DNA from: Eledone cirrhosa
Lineage: Eukaryota
DNA: 64,000 nucleotides
Assembly: GCA_964016885.1 (NCBI GenBank)
Contig: OZ024745.1
Span: 57,474,001 to 57,538,000, forward strand
Reading direction: 5' to 3'
Of the stretch, positions 43,716 through 56,832 are shown piece by piece. Positions within the stretch are counted from its first letter, which is position 1. Every line of letters starts with the position of its first letter. The position numbers and the translations under genes were made by a program. Under the pieces are notes generated by a model. It searched no databases. It was given only the letters and a program-made list of their open reading frames with translations, and had not been told where the DNA came from.

Positions 43716-45458
43716 TAAATATAATGCTACGGATATAGCATACACGAAACATAATTTAAACAAATATCTATGTAACTTGTTTGTTAGTTTAGCATTGTTA
43801 TATATTGTGGAGAGAAATAATGAGATTTCGATAATATCTGTGTCTGATGGTATAATTTAATTTGGTATCATTACTGGAATTGTTTTTTAACTTAAACATC
43901 TTAAAGAATTAATCTACTTATTAGCCGATATAATTATAAACTCAAGAAAATGTATCAAAAATGAAACTTGTTTTCCATTCCTATATGTTTCTGATAAAAT
44001 ACATTTCCATGTGACTAATTTGATACAATTCTTACAGATTTACATAATTTAATTTTCAAAACACACATATATGTCAAATTGTAGTTTTGTTTAAGAGTGT
44101 ATGATGGGTTGAATGATCTAGAAATCGAGAAATTCGTGAGAACTTCTGATCTAAATCCAGTCCCATAATATTTATTTAGAAATGCCGATCTAATTTCCTA
44201 AATTTCACTTCCGTATGCTCACTATAGTCATTACTTAATCAATTACCCAAAACCTGTGTATTAGATATACTCTTTGTTATATATTATCTGTAGTTCACAT
44301 ATCCGCAGATGGAATCAAGTGTTTGTTGATTTATTATACATGATTTAACATGCTTTGTCGGATTATATAAAATACCGAAAAACGAAAAAAAGTTTACGCG
44401 AGACCTTAAAATCACAAAATATATAGTATTAGGATTGGTGCTCTGAAATAGTGATGTATACATGAATGTATGCATAGTATATTTGGCAATATATTTTAGA
44501 CGATCTGTAAATTCACCATATGTTCATGATCCTATATTAAAAATATATTGGAGCTGAATATTAATTCAAAATGTACTTGTTAATATATACATATATCCTC
44601 TTGTGAATGTTTGAAGGGAAAATCTCATATCATTACAAATGTCATAATAAACTGTGTTAGAATCAGAATTATGCACTAATTAGTTAATCAATGGAAATGA
44701 CAAGTGTGTCATTAAAATAGAGATTATTGTTGTCAATGAAACGACTTCAGGTATTAACTGGAATAATTTGAATAAATCATAAAATCGATAAATATTCAAT
44801 TTGCATACATCAGAGGATTTTTGAAATTGATACCTTGGTATATGTTTAAAAAATGTGATAAACAGTCACAGCAAAAAAGTTCGCCTTACATGTGTTTAGT
44901 TCAAATAATATGGCTGTTATTTCTGACTGAAAAACTGGTGTGCACAATTCTATGAATCGAATAAAACAGTAAAAATGGATCTTTGCTTTAAAGAATGGTT
45001 GTACATTAAATGTGAAAATGGAGTGTAAGATTCAGCTGCATGAATTATAGTGTAGACTTTTAACGGGCGCTTTTATGCTATACATAACGATGTTCAGTTA
45101 AAATGAAAAGATAAGTCTATCCTGGAAAAGGTTTTGAAAAAGAATGTCAGCCCTATACCCGGAAGAAATGATTATAGCGTTTAAATTCAAATTAATTACC
45201 AACAACTTGCGTATATCCTGTTTATATGCTTATTGATACATAAGGAGAATATAAATAAAAATGTTAGCTTAAAGATGAATGGTAAAGATTAAATTAATTT
45301 AATTAATATATCGCTGAAAGCTACAACTTGTTTATGTCGAAGAAATGTCTGCGTTATGATTCACACAAATTTAACTAATTGACGGGTTTCATATGTTCGT
45401 ATACATTTTCTCTAAACGTTCTGAGACTAGGTTTGCCTCTTACGACAATAAACATGAA

Positions 45459-45566
<108 letters not shown>

Positions 45567-45608
45567 GGGGTGCATATATGTGTGTGTTCGTGTGTGTATA
45601 TATGTCTG

Positions 45609-45652
<44 letters not shown>

Positions 45653-46124
45653 TGTGTGTACGCGCGTGTGTGTGTATGTATGTATATCTGTGGAATCCCG
45701 ATAATTTAATAGTATTTTCTTTTAATCAATAACTCTATTTGGGCTAAAGATTCTATTTGCTGATATCAATATTTCTGACACATGTGGTGTTTTCATGTTG
45801 GATGCAGTCTGTAGAGTATTTATGAGTTGAAATGTTGTCATGAGTTTAGAGAAGAGATTTATGTTTTAAGATTTTAAGATTAAGAAGTAAATTGTGTTAA
45901 ATGCTTAATTGCTTATTAATAACTTCGTTTTCCTTTCTTCTTTTATTCATTTATATTCATCCGATTAAATTATGAAGATGTATGTTTGCAACCCGTTATG
46001 GAATTGGCATAGCCCTTGTTCTAAATTAACATTTTGCCAGAATTTAGTATTGTGTTCTTGTCAATAATCATTTGCAATTGTCTATTCAAGCTTCACTCGA
46101 TTACACAACTCTAAGACATTCAGG

Positions 46125-46387
46125 TCGATATAGGTATTTATTTATCGCATCCCCTCCTCTGTGTATGATCACTTATCAACCAAACAAAACCCTTCGTTTC
46201 GCTGCTCTTGCAACTGGCCTGTGTGAATGAACAACTGCGCAATAAGACCGTCATCTGAATATATCAAAATTGCGCAGTTGTTCATTCACACAGGCCAGTT
46301 GCAGGAGCAGCGGAACGAAGGGTTTTGTTTGGTTGATAAGTGATCATACACAGAGGAGGGAATGCGATAGATAAATACCTATATCGA
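46125..46387. repeat. Foldback or MITE-like element (119 bp arms, 25 nt spacer)
   Basis: 46125-46243 is inverted at 46269-46387 with few mismatches. Confidence 0.9.
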
Positions 46388-46499
46388 TTGCCATAGATAA
46401 ACAACTACAACAACCAGTAGTTATTGTCTTTTGAAAATAGACCAAGACAATGGCATACAGAATCAATAATGTACTCATGTACAATATACAGTGGTGTAT

Positions 46500-48400
46500 C
46501 AAAGGAAAACTTGGGTTGACAACCCCTAAAAAACTATTGCCAGAAAGAGAATATATATACTGCAAAGCTTTTGATTAGAAACAAAATTTATATTATTTCA
46601 AATGATTTCACAAATTAATACATTGTTAAAAATAAAACCTCACAATTCACTCCGTTAAACAAAGGAAAAGGATAAAAAAAAAACATAAGCCGTTATTGCA
46701 AAAAGGTGGAAATATTAACATACACATTGTCCTCATAGACAAAAAAAACATTATCCAATAAAATACTTACGCCAATGATGTCCTCCATGAAAATGCATAC
46801 AAAACCACATGTATATGGAAATAATTTCTCTACGAAAACGAATAACGACCAAAATATCTAGCACATGGGGAATAATGAAAATGACGGTAAACTTGGCAAG
46901 AACAACAGTAACACCAAAATAGAAGCACAAAACCTACAGTTTTACTCCCCCATGGAAAACATACCATAAATTGTCTATATTTGTAAAGAGAATACTCCTC
47001 TGGTATAGGAATTATAAAAAGCAAATATAAAAGCAACGCGAATAAGACAAAAAGGAGTTATTTAGATCACTAAATTAGTCGATTGTCCGTTCTTATGAAA
47101 AAGACTTAGTTAAGACATAACAATGGTGATCCATAGGTTTTCACAACTTAAAGCATAAAACACAAACAAATAATATATAGTTGTAAATTAAGGAACATAT
47201 ATTAAACGATCTCGAAATCACAATTACATAATACATCTAACAAAATTTTGGAAGAAAAAATTATTAAAAAATTATAGAAAATATTTTAAAAAAGGATACA
47301 ATGGAAAAGATAACCAAATAAAAATACGATTGTGATAGTTTGTTGTTCACAGGGGACAACATGCTTTCCATGGAAACAACATATGAAATAGGCATCAATA
47401 ACAAATATACGAGCTTGATATATACACATGATATACTAAATAACATCACCTGCCACATCAGATTAATTTAAGTTAATATTGTGGAAAATCTAAGATGCAA
47501 TAAAAACAGTAGAAGAGATAATAAAATCAATAATCTTGAATGAACGGAAATACTTGTACAACTTAGGAATAAACAAACACCTCTGTGACGTAATCCCCAA
47601 ATAGAACTTGCCCACGCATCCAATTTTCTATAGAATCCAATAACTTTAGTTGTCATTGTATTTTCGAAGATAATCGTTTTGGATTAATATAAAAGCAAGG
47701 CACTTTTCTACTTAACCTACGAAAACCAGCAAAAACATATATAATAAAAGTTATATGTTAACGGAAAGACATTTCCATATCCGGTGAATCTTGGATTACA
47801 AAAAAGTGAATTGCCAAATACATGAATAATATAAAATCAAACATAATATTCAAAATATCACAAAAATGCTTACAAAATTACTATACAAGCCTTAACATAA
47901 ATGAATACTTATTGAGATAGTGGATAACAAACCCATATAATATAATCAAATCACAAGATGTATATGAAGGGAAAAGTATGCTAAAACTACTATAATATTG
48001 CAATCGATACCCCTATAATCTGATACTAGATATGTGTTGAAATTGATAGAGTAAAACATTCCTGGTTAACCTACTTAAAGATATTTAAGATTATGTAAAT
48101 CTTATTCTTTGCCTCAGTAAACATGTGATAATTTATACATTCCTGGTAAACAATACAGTATTCACTAATGATTCGTTAAACCAAAATAAACAGGTATCTC
48201 CAAATTAAAGATAAAGCACACATCAAAATAGTGTTTAAAGCCCTTACGCATAGACTAGATAGGAGATAGCTAATATAATTAATTTTGAGAGAAGCTTAAA
48301 TAGTGAGGTTAACGAATCGAAATGTTTTAAACGACATTAAAACAACATATGAATCGACGTGTAGAAGGAATTACAAATAAGAAACCAGTCTCAATATTAA
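46500..48400 (+). mobile_element. Possible ancient RTE-like LINE relic
   Basis: A-rich strand. Patchy RT-like GINNKYTSLI...ILNNITCHIRL at ~47390-47465. Boundaries are guessed. Confidence 0.35.
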
Positions 48401-48538
48401 GTTAGTATATTAGCAATGAAATGTAGAAAATGAAAACAACTGAAATTACAAATGTAACACAATATTCCCACACTGTACCGTCCTGTACGATTTTTATTGT
48501 CGAGAATAAATACTATTATCATTATTATTATTATTATT

Positions 48539-48951
48539 GGTGGTGGATTGGCAGTATCGGTAGAGGGTCGGACGCCATGCTTTCCAGCATAGTTACGTCC
48601 TTTTACGATCTGAGTTCAAATCCCGCCGAGGTTGACTTTGCCTTTCATCCTTACGGGGTCGATAAAATAAAGTACCAGTAATGCACTGGGTAATTGCTGG
48701 CCTTGTGCCTAAAGTAGAAACAATTATTATTATTATTGGTGGTGGATTGGCAGTATCGGTAGAGGGTCGGACGCCATGCTTTCCAGCATAGTTACGTCCC
48801 TTTACGATCTGAGTTCAAATCCCGCTGAGGTTGACTTTGCCTCTAATCCTTACGGGGTCGATAAAATAAAGTACCAGTAATGCACTGGATAATTGCTGGC
48901 CTTGTGCCTAAAGTAGAAACAATTATTATTATTATTATTATTATTATTATT
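48539..48951 (+). mobile_element. Two head-to-tail SINE copies separated by (ATT)n
   Basis: Copies at 48539-48730 and 48738-48930, each preceded and followed by ATT runs. Confidence 0.95.
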
Positions 48952-49439
48952 GAATGCCATGGTTGACGGAGGCTCGGCTCTGTAAGGTATGGTAATTTGA
49001 AACCGCTATAACAATTGTAAATTGTTTAAAACTTTAACCAAAATGTAGACAAAAACACCCTCCTCCTCGTAAGAGGGGTCTTTCTGCCCGTTATTTGGCC
49101 CTTCGGGGTTAAATAACCGCTTATTGGGGTTATGTGCCCAATATTTATTTTAAACAAAAAAAAACATGGTTACAAAAAAAGAATTTTCACAAGTCACTCC
49201 CACTCATTTCGTCTTATTCCGCAATCGTCACTACATCAGAGAGAAGATTGTCTCTCTCCCTCCCTTCTCTAAATGTGTCTCTCTCCCTCCCTTCTCTTTC
49301 GCAAGCGACGCCAGTAAAGAAAAATATAGTTTCTGCTAGTTTCCAAGAGCACGTGCAAAACGTGGAACATTTCTCCACGACGACAACGACGAAAGATGTG
49401 TGCGGTAAATACGGAAAGCCATTTCATTCGTCTGACGCC

Positions 49440-49571
49440 ATGAATAATAGCAGTAGCAGCCGTAATAACAGGAGCAGAAGCAACAGTGACAAGGAAAACA
49501 ACAGTAGCAGTCGCAACAGTATCAGCAGCAGCACAAACAACAACAGCATTAGCAGCAAAGCAACGACAACA

Positions 49572-49602
<31 letters not shown>

Positions 49603-51286
49603 CACTACCACAGCAACAGCGGCAGCGGCAGTCGTAGTACCAGCAGCAACAACAAAAGTAACAGCAGCTCTGACGACAACAACAACAAAGAAAAACCAAT
49701 CTCGTTTGCAGGTATCGCAAAGAGCCTGGAAACCATCCTTATACAAATGAGGAATTACAGGAAGCAAAGAAGATGGTGACGAAAACCGGACACCGAGCAA
49801 TCTGCAAGGCAGCCGAAAAATGTTTCGAAACCCAACAGCACTGTACGGTCACGTACCGTACAGTAAGCACAAAGTCCCGTAGGGTTGAAAGAGCCACAGA
49901 TGCTCAAATTCAAAAAACCTTAGGGTCTGTGTGGCAGCGGAAAACGCATATCACCCGAGGCAAGAAATATGCCACCATGGACGTGCTTTTTGCCACACCC
50001 CAGTAGGCAAAGGCTCAATTCTTAGTGACTCTAAGGAGCGAGGAAATGGTGTTGGTGCCCTCCTACTGCAGACAAAAAATTGTGAGGGTCAAACTGACCC
50101 ACGTCCCCCCGGGATGGCCCTTCTTGCCTGGTCGCGTCTGTCCTCGTCGGAATCGAGGACAAAACAACTGTACTGCAAGTATAGAAAAAAGTACGAGAAG
50201 ATTGGGTCGGCACCTCCATTGAGATGTTAATCCAAACCAACCAGGAGTGCATCGATGTGATAGACTTCGATAACGACACTCAACTGCCCATAAGTGTTGA
50301 GATCAAACACCCGAAATGCTTTCGCTGTGGATCGAAGACTCACCTCAGGGCCTTCTGCAATGAGAAGACCTTGAGAAAGAGAAAATCCCCCTCCTTCCGA
50401 AAGCGGCTCCACTGCTACCAGCAACAGGACAGGCGGCAACTATGATGGATAGGTCCGTGGCACCCATACCCACGCCACGGAAATCAAGAACAGCAGCAGC
50501 AGTGGAAGTATTAAAAACAGCAATAGCAATACCAACTGCAGCTGCAGCAGAGACTCCACTGCAAACATCACCAACAACAAGTGAAAGAGTGGAGCTGGTA
50601 CCCCTCCCCGACCTCACAGAATCGGACATCGAATGTGAGGTGGGAGAGGGATGGCAAAAGGTCGGAAGAAGGCACAAACGAAGAAGCAACGCATCGTCGC
50701 CTTCGAAAAGGGAGGAAAGAAATGAAAAAAGGGTAAAGGCTACTGTCAAGAGACTTACAGCAGCAACACCACCCAACACCATCACCACCCACACTAGCAC
50801 CACCATCACCACCGGCGGCAACCCCACCGCAAACAACAATACCTTTAACACCACCACCACAAGCACCAACATCGCAAACACAACAACAAAACACACACAC
50901 CCTGCATCAACGACAAGAAAATAGCAGAACCACGCCCCACCCAACAAAAAAACAAATGCACAGCAATAAATACACACAACAAGAAACTAATGACTTACAT
51001 AATTAAACACACAGACGTTTCACAGCACGACTACATAGAACCAGCACCAATCAAAACACCAACGAACATAAGACTGGTAAGAATAGCACAGAAGCAATAC
51101 ACAAACATTAAAACGAAATTCCCCAACGCAGTTGGTGATTTCAGAGACCTAGGAGGGACACTCAACCGGAGAGTATATTCGGATATACTCACAGAAGAAC
51201 CGACGACCAGCCTAAGGGACGATTCAACGGTCCCTTCACCAGTCGATCAAGTGAAAAGGGATGGAGAAACCATCCTTCCTCTATGA
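49440..51286 (+). pseudogene. LINE ORF1 (gag-like), disrupted
   Basis: ISFAGIAKS; RVKLTHVPP; CFRCGSKTHLRAFC (CX2CX4HX4C); EGWQKVGRRHKRR. Stops and frameshifts. Confidence 0.85.
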
Positions 51287-51332
51287 AAAGTAAGGTAAGT
51301 GGTCTTTCCCATCTTTTCCACTCCATTTCAAC

Positions 51333-53929
51333 ATGACCTCACTCAGAATAGGCAGCATAAATACGCGTGGCTTCGGGTCGTCATGGAAGCAGGGCCACCT
51401 GCTCAACGACCTCAGGTCACTAAACATAGATGTAGTGGCCATCAGCGAGACCAGAATCTCTTAGGAAAGGCATCGCGACCGACGTACTTGCGGCGAAATT
51501 GGCCCTTGACTAATTCTTCAATGCAAAGCACGAAGGCTGCGTTGTCAGAGCTAGGGTGCGTGCCCTCAGACACGAGGGGACGAAAGCCGTTCAATGGGCC
51601 CGAGTGGCGGAGGCGCGTCGTGGCAACAAAGATCCATCCGGTCTTTGGTCGACCACGACGGGCGCATGTTACTCGATCCCGTGCAAATGTGTGAAGCTTT
51701 TCAGCGAGACTTCGCACAGCTGTTCGGGGGCAGCGGCGGGGCGGATCGAGGGATGGACTTTAGTGTCTACCGCGACGGACTGCCGCGGCTCTCGGCCGCT
51801 GAGGCGGAGTGTTGCGAAAAACCGATAACAGCCGCTGAAGTACGGGAGGCAATGACTGGCTGCACAAGGGGTAAATCGCCTGGTTTGGATGGTCTGCCCT
51901 ATGAACTTTACGTACAGACGCCAGACTTGTTCGGAGGCCTCTTGGCAGACGTCTACTGCAACCGGCAACAGAACGGGAGAATTCCTAGCTCTGTGAGCCC
52001 AGGAGCGGTGGCGCTGCTGAGAAAGGATCCGAACAAGGGGGATATCATAGATAATTTCAGGCCCGTATCTCTGTTAAACACAGAGTTCAAGATTTTGGCC
52101 GCCAAGGTGCTAGCAAAGAGGCTGGCGCTTGTCGTTGGTGGTCTGGTGGGAGAGGCGCAGACATCCGCTATTCCCGACAGATCCATCCACGACAACCTCC
52201 ACCTCATGCGATACATCGTAGAGAGGGTAGCTAGGGAAACTGGCACGGGTGGGTTCTTGATCAATTTAGATCAGTCGAAAGCTTTCGATAGAGTCGACCA
52301 TCGTTAGCTAGCGGCAGTCCTGAGGGTGGCTGGCTTTGGGCCCGTTTTCAGAGGCTGGATCGCTGCCATACACAGCGACATCTGCTCTGTGGTGAGAGTG
52401 AACGGTCACCTTTCGGAACCGTTCAACATCATACGCTCGGTGCGCCAAGGATGTCCCCTCTCGTCCCTCTTGTATGTATTGACTCTCGAGCCATTACTGC
52501 ACAAACTGGAGACGTTGAGGGGGATCCCGCGCGAACTAGGATGCGGAAGATCCGTGTCAGCATATGCGGACGATATCACCATAGTGGTGTCGAACACCAA
52601 ACACATCGAGGCGATCGGCACTACACTAAGAGAATACGAAGCGGTGACAGGAGCAATGATCAACCAGGAAAGTCAGTGGGCCTGCAGCTCGGCACCTGGA
52701 GAGGCAGGTCCATGCCGTCCAACAGCGTCGTCGGGCTCTGGACGGACGGACCGGTAAAATTACTAGGGGTTTGGTTCGGTCCGGACCTCCAGACGGACGA
52801 AAACTGGGACGAGGTGACGAGCAAGGTGGCTTCTCTCACCCAGAAACGGGCAGAGAGGAAGCTATCCCTGAAAGGTCGAGCGGATGTGACTAACGCGTAC
52901 ATCGCGTCCGTCATCTACTACCGCCTGACCGTCGTACCTTGTCCTAAGCCCCGCCTGACTGCGCTGGATTGTTTGCTCTTTCGCTTTTTGTGGAAGGAAC
53001 GCGCTCCGATGGTCAGGCGGTCCATCTGCTGTCAACACCCGCTACGTGGAGGGCTGGGCATGCCGTGGCTGATGATGCGCAGACACGCGCTCAGGCTACG
53101 GCATCTCCACCTCTTCCTCGACGGTGATCAGGTGTGGTCGCCGTTTGCTAGACGCGTCTTTCCCCAGCTCGTCTCATTGACGGAGCTGCAGTCCTGGGTC
53201 AAGCGAAGACCGAGAGGGAGCACTTGGAGTCTGGAATGTCTTCAGGCGCTCACAGCCCTCGACCAATCGGGCAATGTGATCTGTGGAAACTCCACCTTGG
53301 CGTTCTATAGAGTATTAGTGGAGAGGAAGAGCGACGACGTACTTGGTGAAACTCTAGGCGTCGACGAAAATCAACTAGCCAATCTCTTCGGAAGGACTTT
53401 CGGACCGGGGCCCATGGACAACTTCCAGAAATCCTTGGCCTGGCAGTGCTACCGAGGAGCTTTGCCAGTTCGGGATAAACTCTACAGGCATGGAGGTGCC
53501 GTCAGCCGGGAATGTCCGAGATGCACGCAGGGCGACGAAACCGTCCTGCACGCACTCGTCCAGTGTCCGAGCATTGCTGACTTGTGGGTTTATGTCGAAC
53601 ATCTGCTGTCACGTGTAGGACGGATCCAGCTATCATCTGAGTCCACCGTGAGGATTGCCTCGCCCTCCTCCTTTAGCCTGGAAGGGCAGGCAGTGTTTAT
53701 CTGTCTGGTGGCCATGGCGAAATAGATAGTATGGTGGACACATTTGAAAGGGCTGAAGACGAGCACTTACCTCTTCTGTGATGCCCTGATTAACTTTTTC
53801 AAATTTCATTTGAAAAGGAAAATCAGGGTAGAGAGGGAAGTGCTCTATTCCCAGCATTTTGTTGAAAGAAGGGTGAGAGAAGCAAGAATGGACCGAGTGA
53901 AAGGGCCTACTCTGAGTATGTGTCTGTAA
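51333..53929 (+). pseudogene. LINE ORF2 (APE mostly deleted, RT, CCHC), disrupted
   Basis: MTSLRIGSINTRG...DVVAISETR then a deletion at ~51460; KSPGLDGL; FRPVSLLN; LDQSKAFDRVDH; VRQGCPLS; YADD; CPRC..ETVLHALVQC. Confidence 0.95.
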
Positions 53930-54180
53930 ATTAAAAGTGGAAAACTGGGAGAGGGCACTTGCCCTGGTGGTCAGGGTCACTGTGGCCTTTTAATGGGCTT
54001 TCTGCACAAATGTACCTCGGAAGTCTCCCCCCTATTGGGGAATTTTTCATTGTTATTTTTTTTGTTACATCCTCTGTTTTTGTTCTTTACACGCAGAAAT
54101 GCCCATTTGTATCGTCCTGTATTGTCCTGCACTGTCCTTAATGTCTACTTTATGTAAACCCTTGTGGTTAATAAAGAAAC

Positions 54181-54232
<52 letters not shown>

Positions 54233-54240
54233 GTTATTGT

Positions 54241-54650
54241 TCGTTGAATCTCAGTCATTGAAGTTATTTAACTTCCAGTTTGTTGAAAGGAATATCAAGC
54301 CGCTACCTGCAGCTTCAGATATTCAGGACGTATCGGAGGGGTCTTAATGTTCCCAGCAAGCATGCCTTTTGAAGTGTTCCAAAAAGCGGGGCTGGATTAA
54401 TCTTCTTTAACCAACCTTGGAAACTCTTTGAGATAGTACCGAGTGCGCCTATGACACTGGGGACGAGCCATATCGAATAGTGAATGTTCCTTTGGGTCAT
54501 TCCTTCTCGGACAATATTCCAACACCCTTCTTAGAATTCTTGTTGTTCCCATCAAGGCTGTTATATATATATATGCAACAAACCTGTCCTGATGGTTTCA
54601 AGAATGTGTAGTACCAATCCACGACAACCAAATCAGACATTAGATAGATA
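54241..54650 (-). mobile_element. Dong/R4-like (RLE) LINE 3' fragments with (TAA)n tail
   Basis: VPSVIGALGTISK...LQKACLLGTLRPLRYVL, and a second fragment TALMGTTRILRRVLE. The 3' UTR runs into the shared TAA/ATT tract. Confidence 0.8.
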
Positions 54651-56149
54651 TTCTTCTTCTTCTTCTTCTTCTTCTTCTTCTTCTTCTTCTTCTTCTTGAA
54701 CGATTCTTTCCTGAGACATTCTAACCATTGTATCGGAGGAACTCTCTTTCGGCCGCTTGTATTAACGATCGCTTTTTTTCACTCATTACCGAAAAGATTC
54801 GTGACCATATTATGAACCCAGGTGTATAATAGTGAAAACGTTAATCCCTCTCTCGTATAGAATTTAACGTCAATTAAGAAAAACTCAAAATGTACACTTT
54901 TATGTAATTTTTTCAATGCATCATGTTAATAACGCTTTGGAAAATTGAAAATTTTATTCCGACTTGAAATACAGCTAAAATCTGACAGAATTGTTAGGTA
55001 GTAACTGCACCTCTCTCGAATTTATTTGACAAATGCATCTATATTTGACAAATGCATATATTTGATAATGTGCATTTAATAAATCAATTTTTCATTGATA
55101 ATCGACAGGAATAAAGACTATGAATTCAGAAATTGTTTTTCCCCATTACTGCAATTAAGTGGTTGCAAGCACGTCACAACGAATTTCACTTAGTCATAAA
55201 AATGTGTCTAAATATAATTACTGAAATATATTTAGCATTTAGTTGTATAGATCTTGCTAAACTTTTGTCGCTAACATAATAATTCCGCAATTCTTAAATT
55301 CTAAATGGCATAAAAGGTAAGGTGCCATTGCAATATCCGATTACATACCATTTAGTCTATATAAGTTCAAATTCCATGAACTTTAACAATGGATAAATAT
55401 ATGCCACTCTTCGAACGGAGAATACATTTTCATCCTACCAGACATATAGTAATTGTTATTTCGATGCTATGCCATTTACGCTGTATCCATTTATATGGCG
55501 TGTAGCATCGATCATATGGAATTATGATGTTTGTTGGAAAGTATTATACGAAAGAATTAAGTGCTCTTTTCAGGTATTAAAAACAATTTATATTCTTAAT
55601 AAATGTTCTCCTTGCTCACATGAATCAATTAATAATAATAATACCTCTAGTGGTAAGTTTTATTTGATTCCCTATACACTTAACTTGTTGTGTGCTACGA
55701 TAAAAAAAGGTTAGATTAATCATTAAATTAATCGATAGTGCCCAAAGCCTATAAAACAAGGCTAGATGTGTTATAGCAAGGTATTCCTATGCAAATATTC
55801 TGATAATAATTTTATGAATAAAAAATAAGATCAGCTAACCATTGCATTATTTTCCCAGGCATCGCTATGAACCGTTCAATTATATAAGTTCAGTTAAACA
55901 AAATGTAATATAAAAAATAATAAACATATCATTCACTTCTTAAAAGTGTACATGCATTTGATAAATATGCAATTAAATCAATGCTTTGCAGACATAATTA
56001 TACAGTTTTATCGCACTGATAAGTTGTGCTCACAAGGGAAAGGGTTTCGGATGGCAGATTTCACGATCGAGTCGAACATATATCCAGGGAGTCCATGTTT
56101 TATTTTATTATATATATATGTATGTATATATATATATATATATATATAT

Positions 56150-56832
56150 AAGTATGTATACGTAGATACATATATGTATACAGTCGTACAGTAGTATGTA
56201 TATATATACATACATGCACAGATATATATATATGGACGTATGGATTTACCGAGCATTTATTATAATGCTCGATTTGTTTGTAAACAAATATCCCGAATTA
56301 ATTCGTAGTGTTTAGCAACCATCGTTGACCTTTTGTTCAACATTGACAAAGGAACGATGTACTAGTTTCAAGCTTATTAGCTATCGTCAGCACTGTATAC
56401 CTTCCTGCCAGATGATTGAACGTCTGAAAGTATATAATTTCCTTATGCATATTAACGGCTGAGCAGCCTAATTTGCATATTGAGTGAGTTAATCGGCCGA
56501 GCGCATCGAACACGATAAATGGAAAAAGTGAAACGAATTTCATTTCTCACTCTTAGTACAGCTGTTACTTAATTATAAGTATGTATACATACATACATAT
56601 ATGTATACAGACGTACAGTAGTATGCATATATATACATATATGCACACATATATATATATGTACGTATGGATTTACCGAGCATTTATTATAATGCTCGGT
56701 TTGTTTGTAAACAAATATCACGAATTAAGCCGTACAGTGTTTAGCAACCATCGTTGCCCTTTTGTTCAACACTGACAAAGGAACGATGTACTAGTGTCAA
56801 GCTTATTAGCTATCGTCAGCACTGTATACCTG
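56150..56832 (-). mobile_element. Family D tandem (~1.6 monomers, 429 bp period) with two HHRs
   Basis: HHRs at 56353-56397 (intact core) and 56782-56826 (GAAAC changed to GACAC). Confidence 0.9.
56353..56397 (-). ncRNA. Minimal type I hammerhead (family D)
   Basis: acagtg-CTGACGA-T-AGCT(aata)AGCT-T-GAAAC(ta)GTA-catcgt. Confidence 0.75.

Larger units (their letters stand above)
48952..54240 (+). mobile_element. L1/Tx1-like non-LTR retrotransposon, decayed, with (ATT)n tail
   Basis: ORF1 with CCHC knuckle; ORF2 with APE start, RT and C-terminal CCHC; AATAAA at ~54170 then (ATT)n. It starts directly after an ATT run. Confidence 0.9.

Noticed and set aside
48539-48625. A and B boxes suggesting a tRNA gene
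   Set aside because: No cloverleaf; this is the head of a multi-copy SINE.
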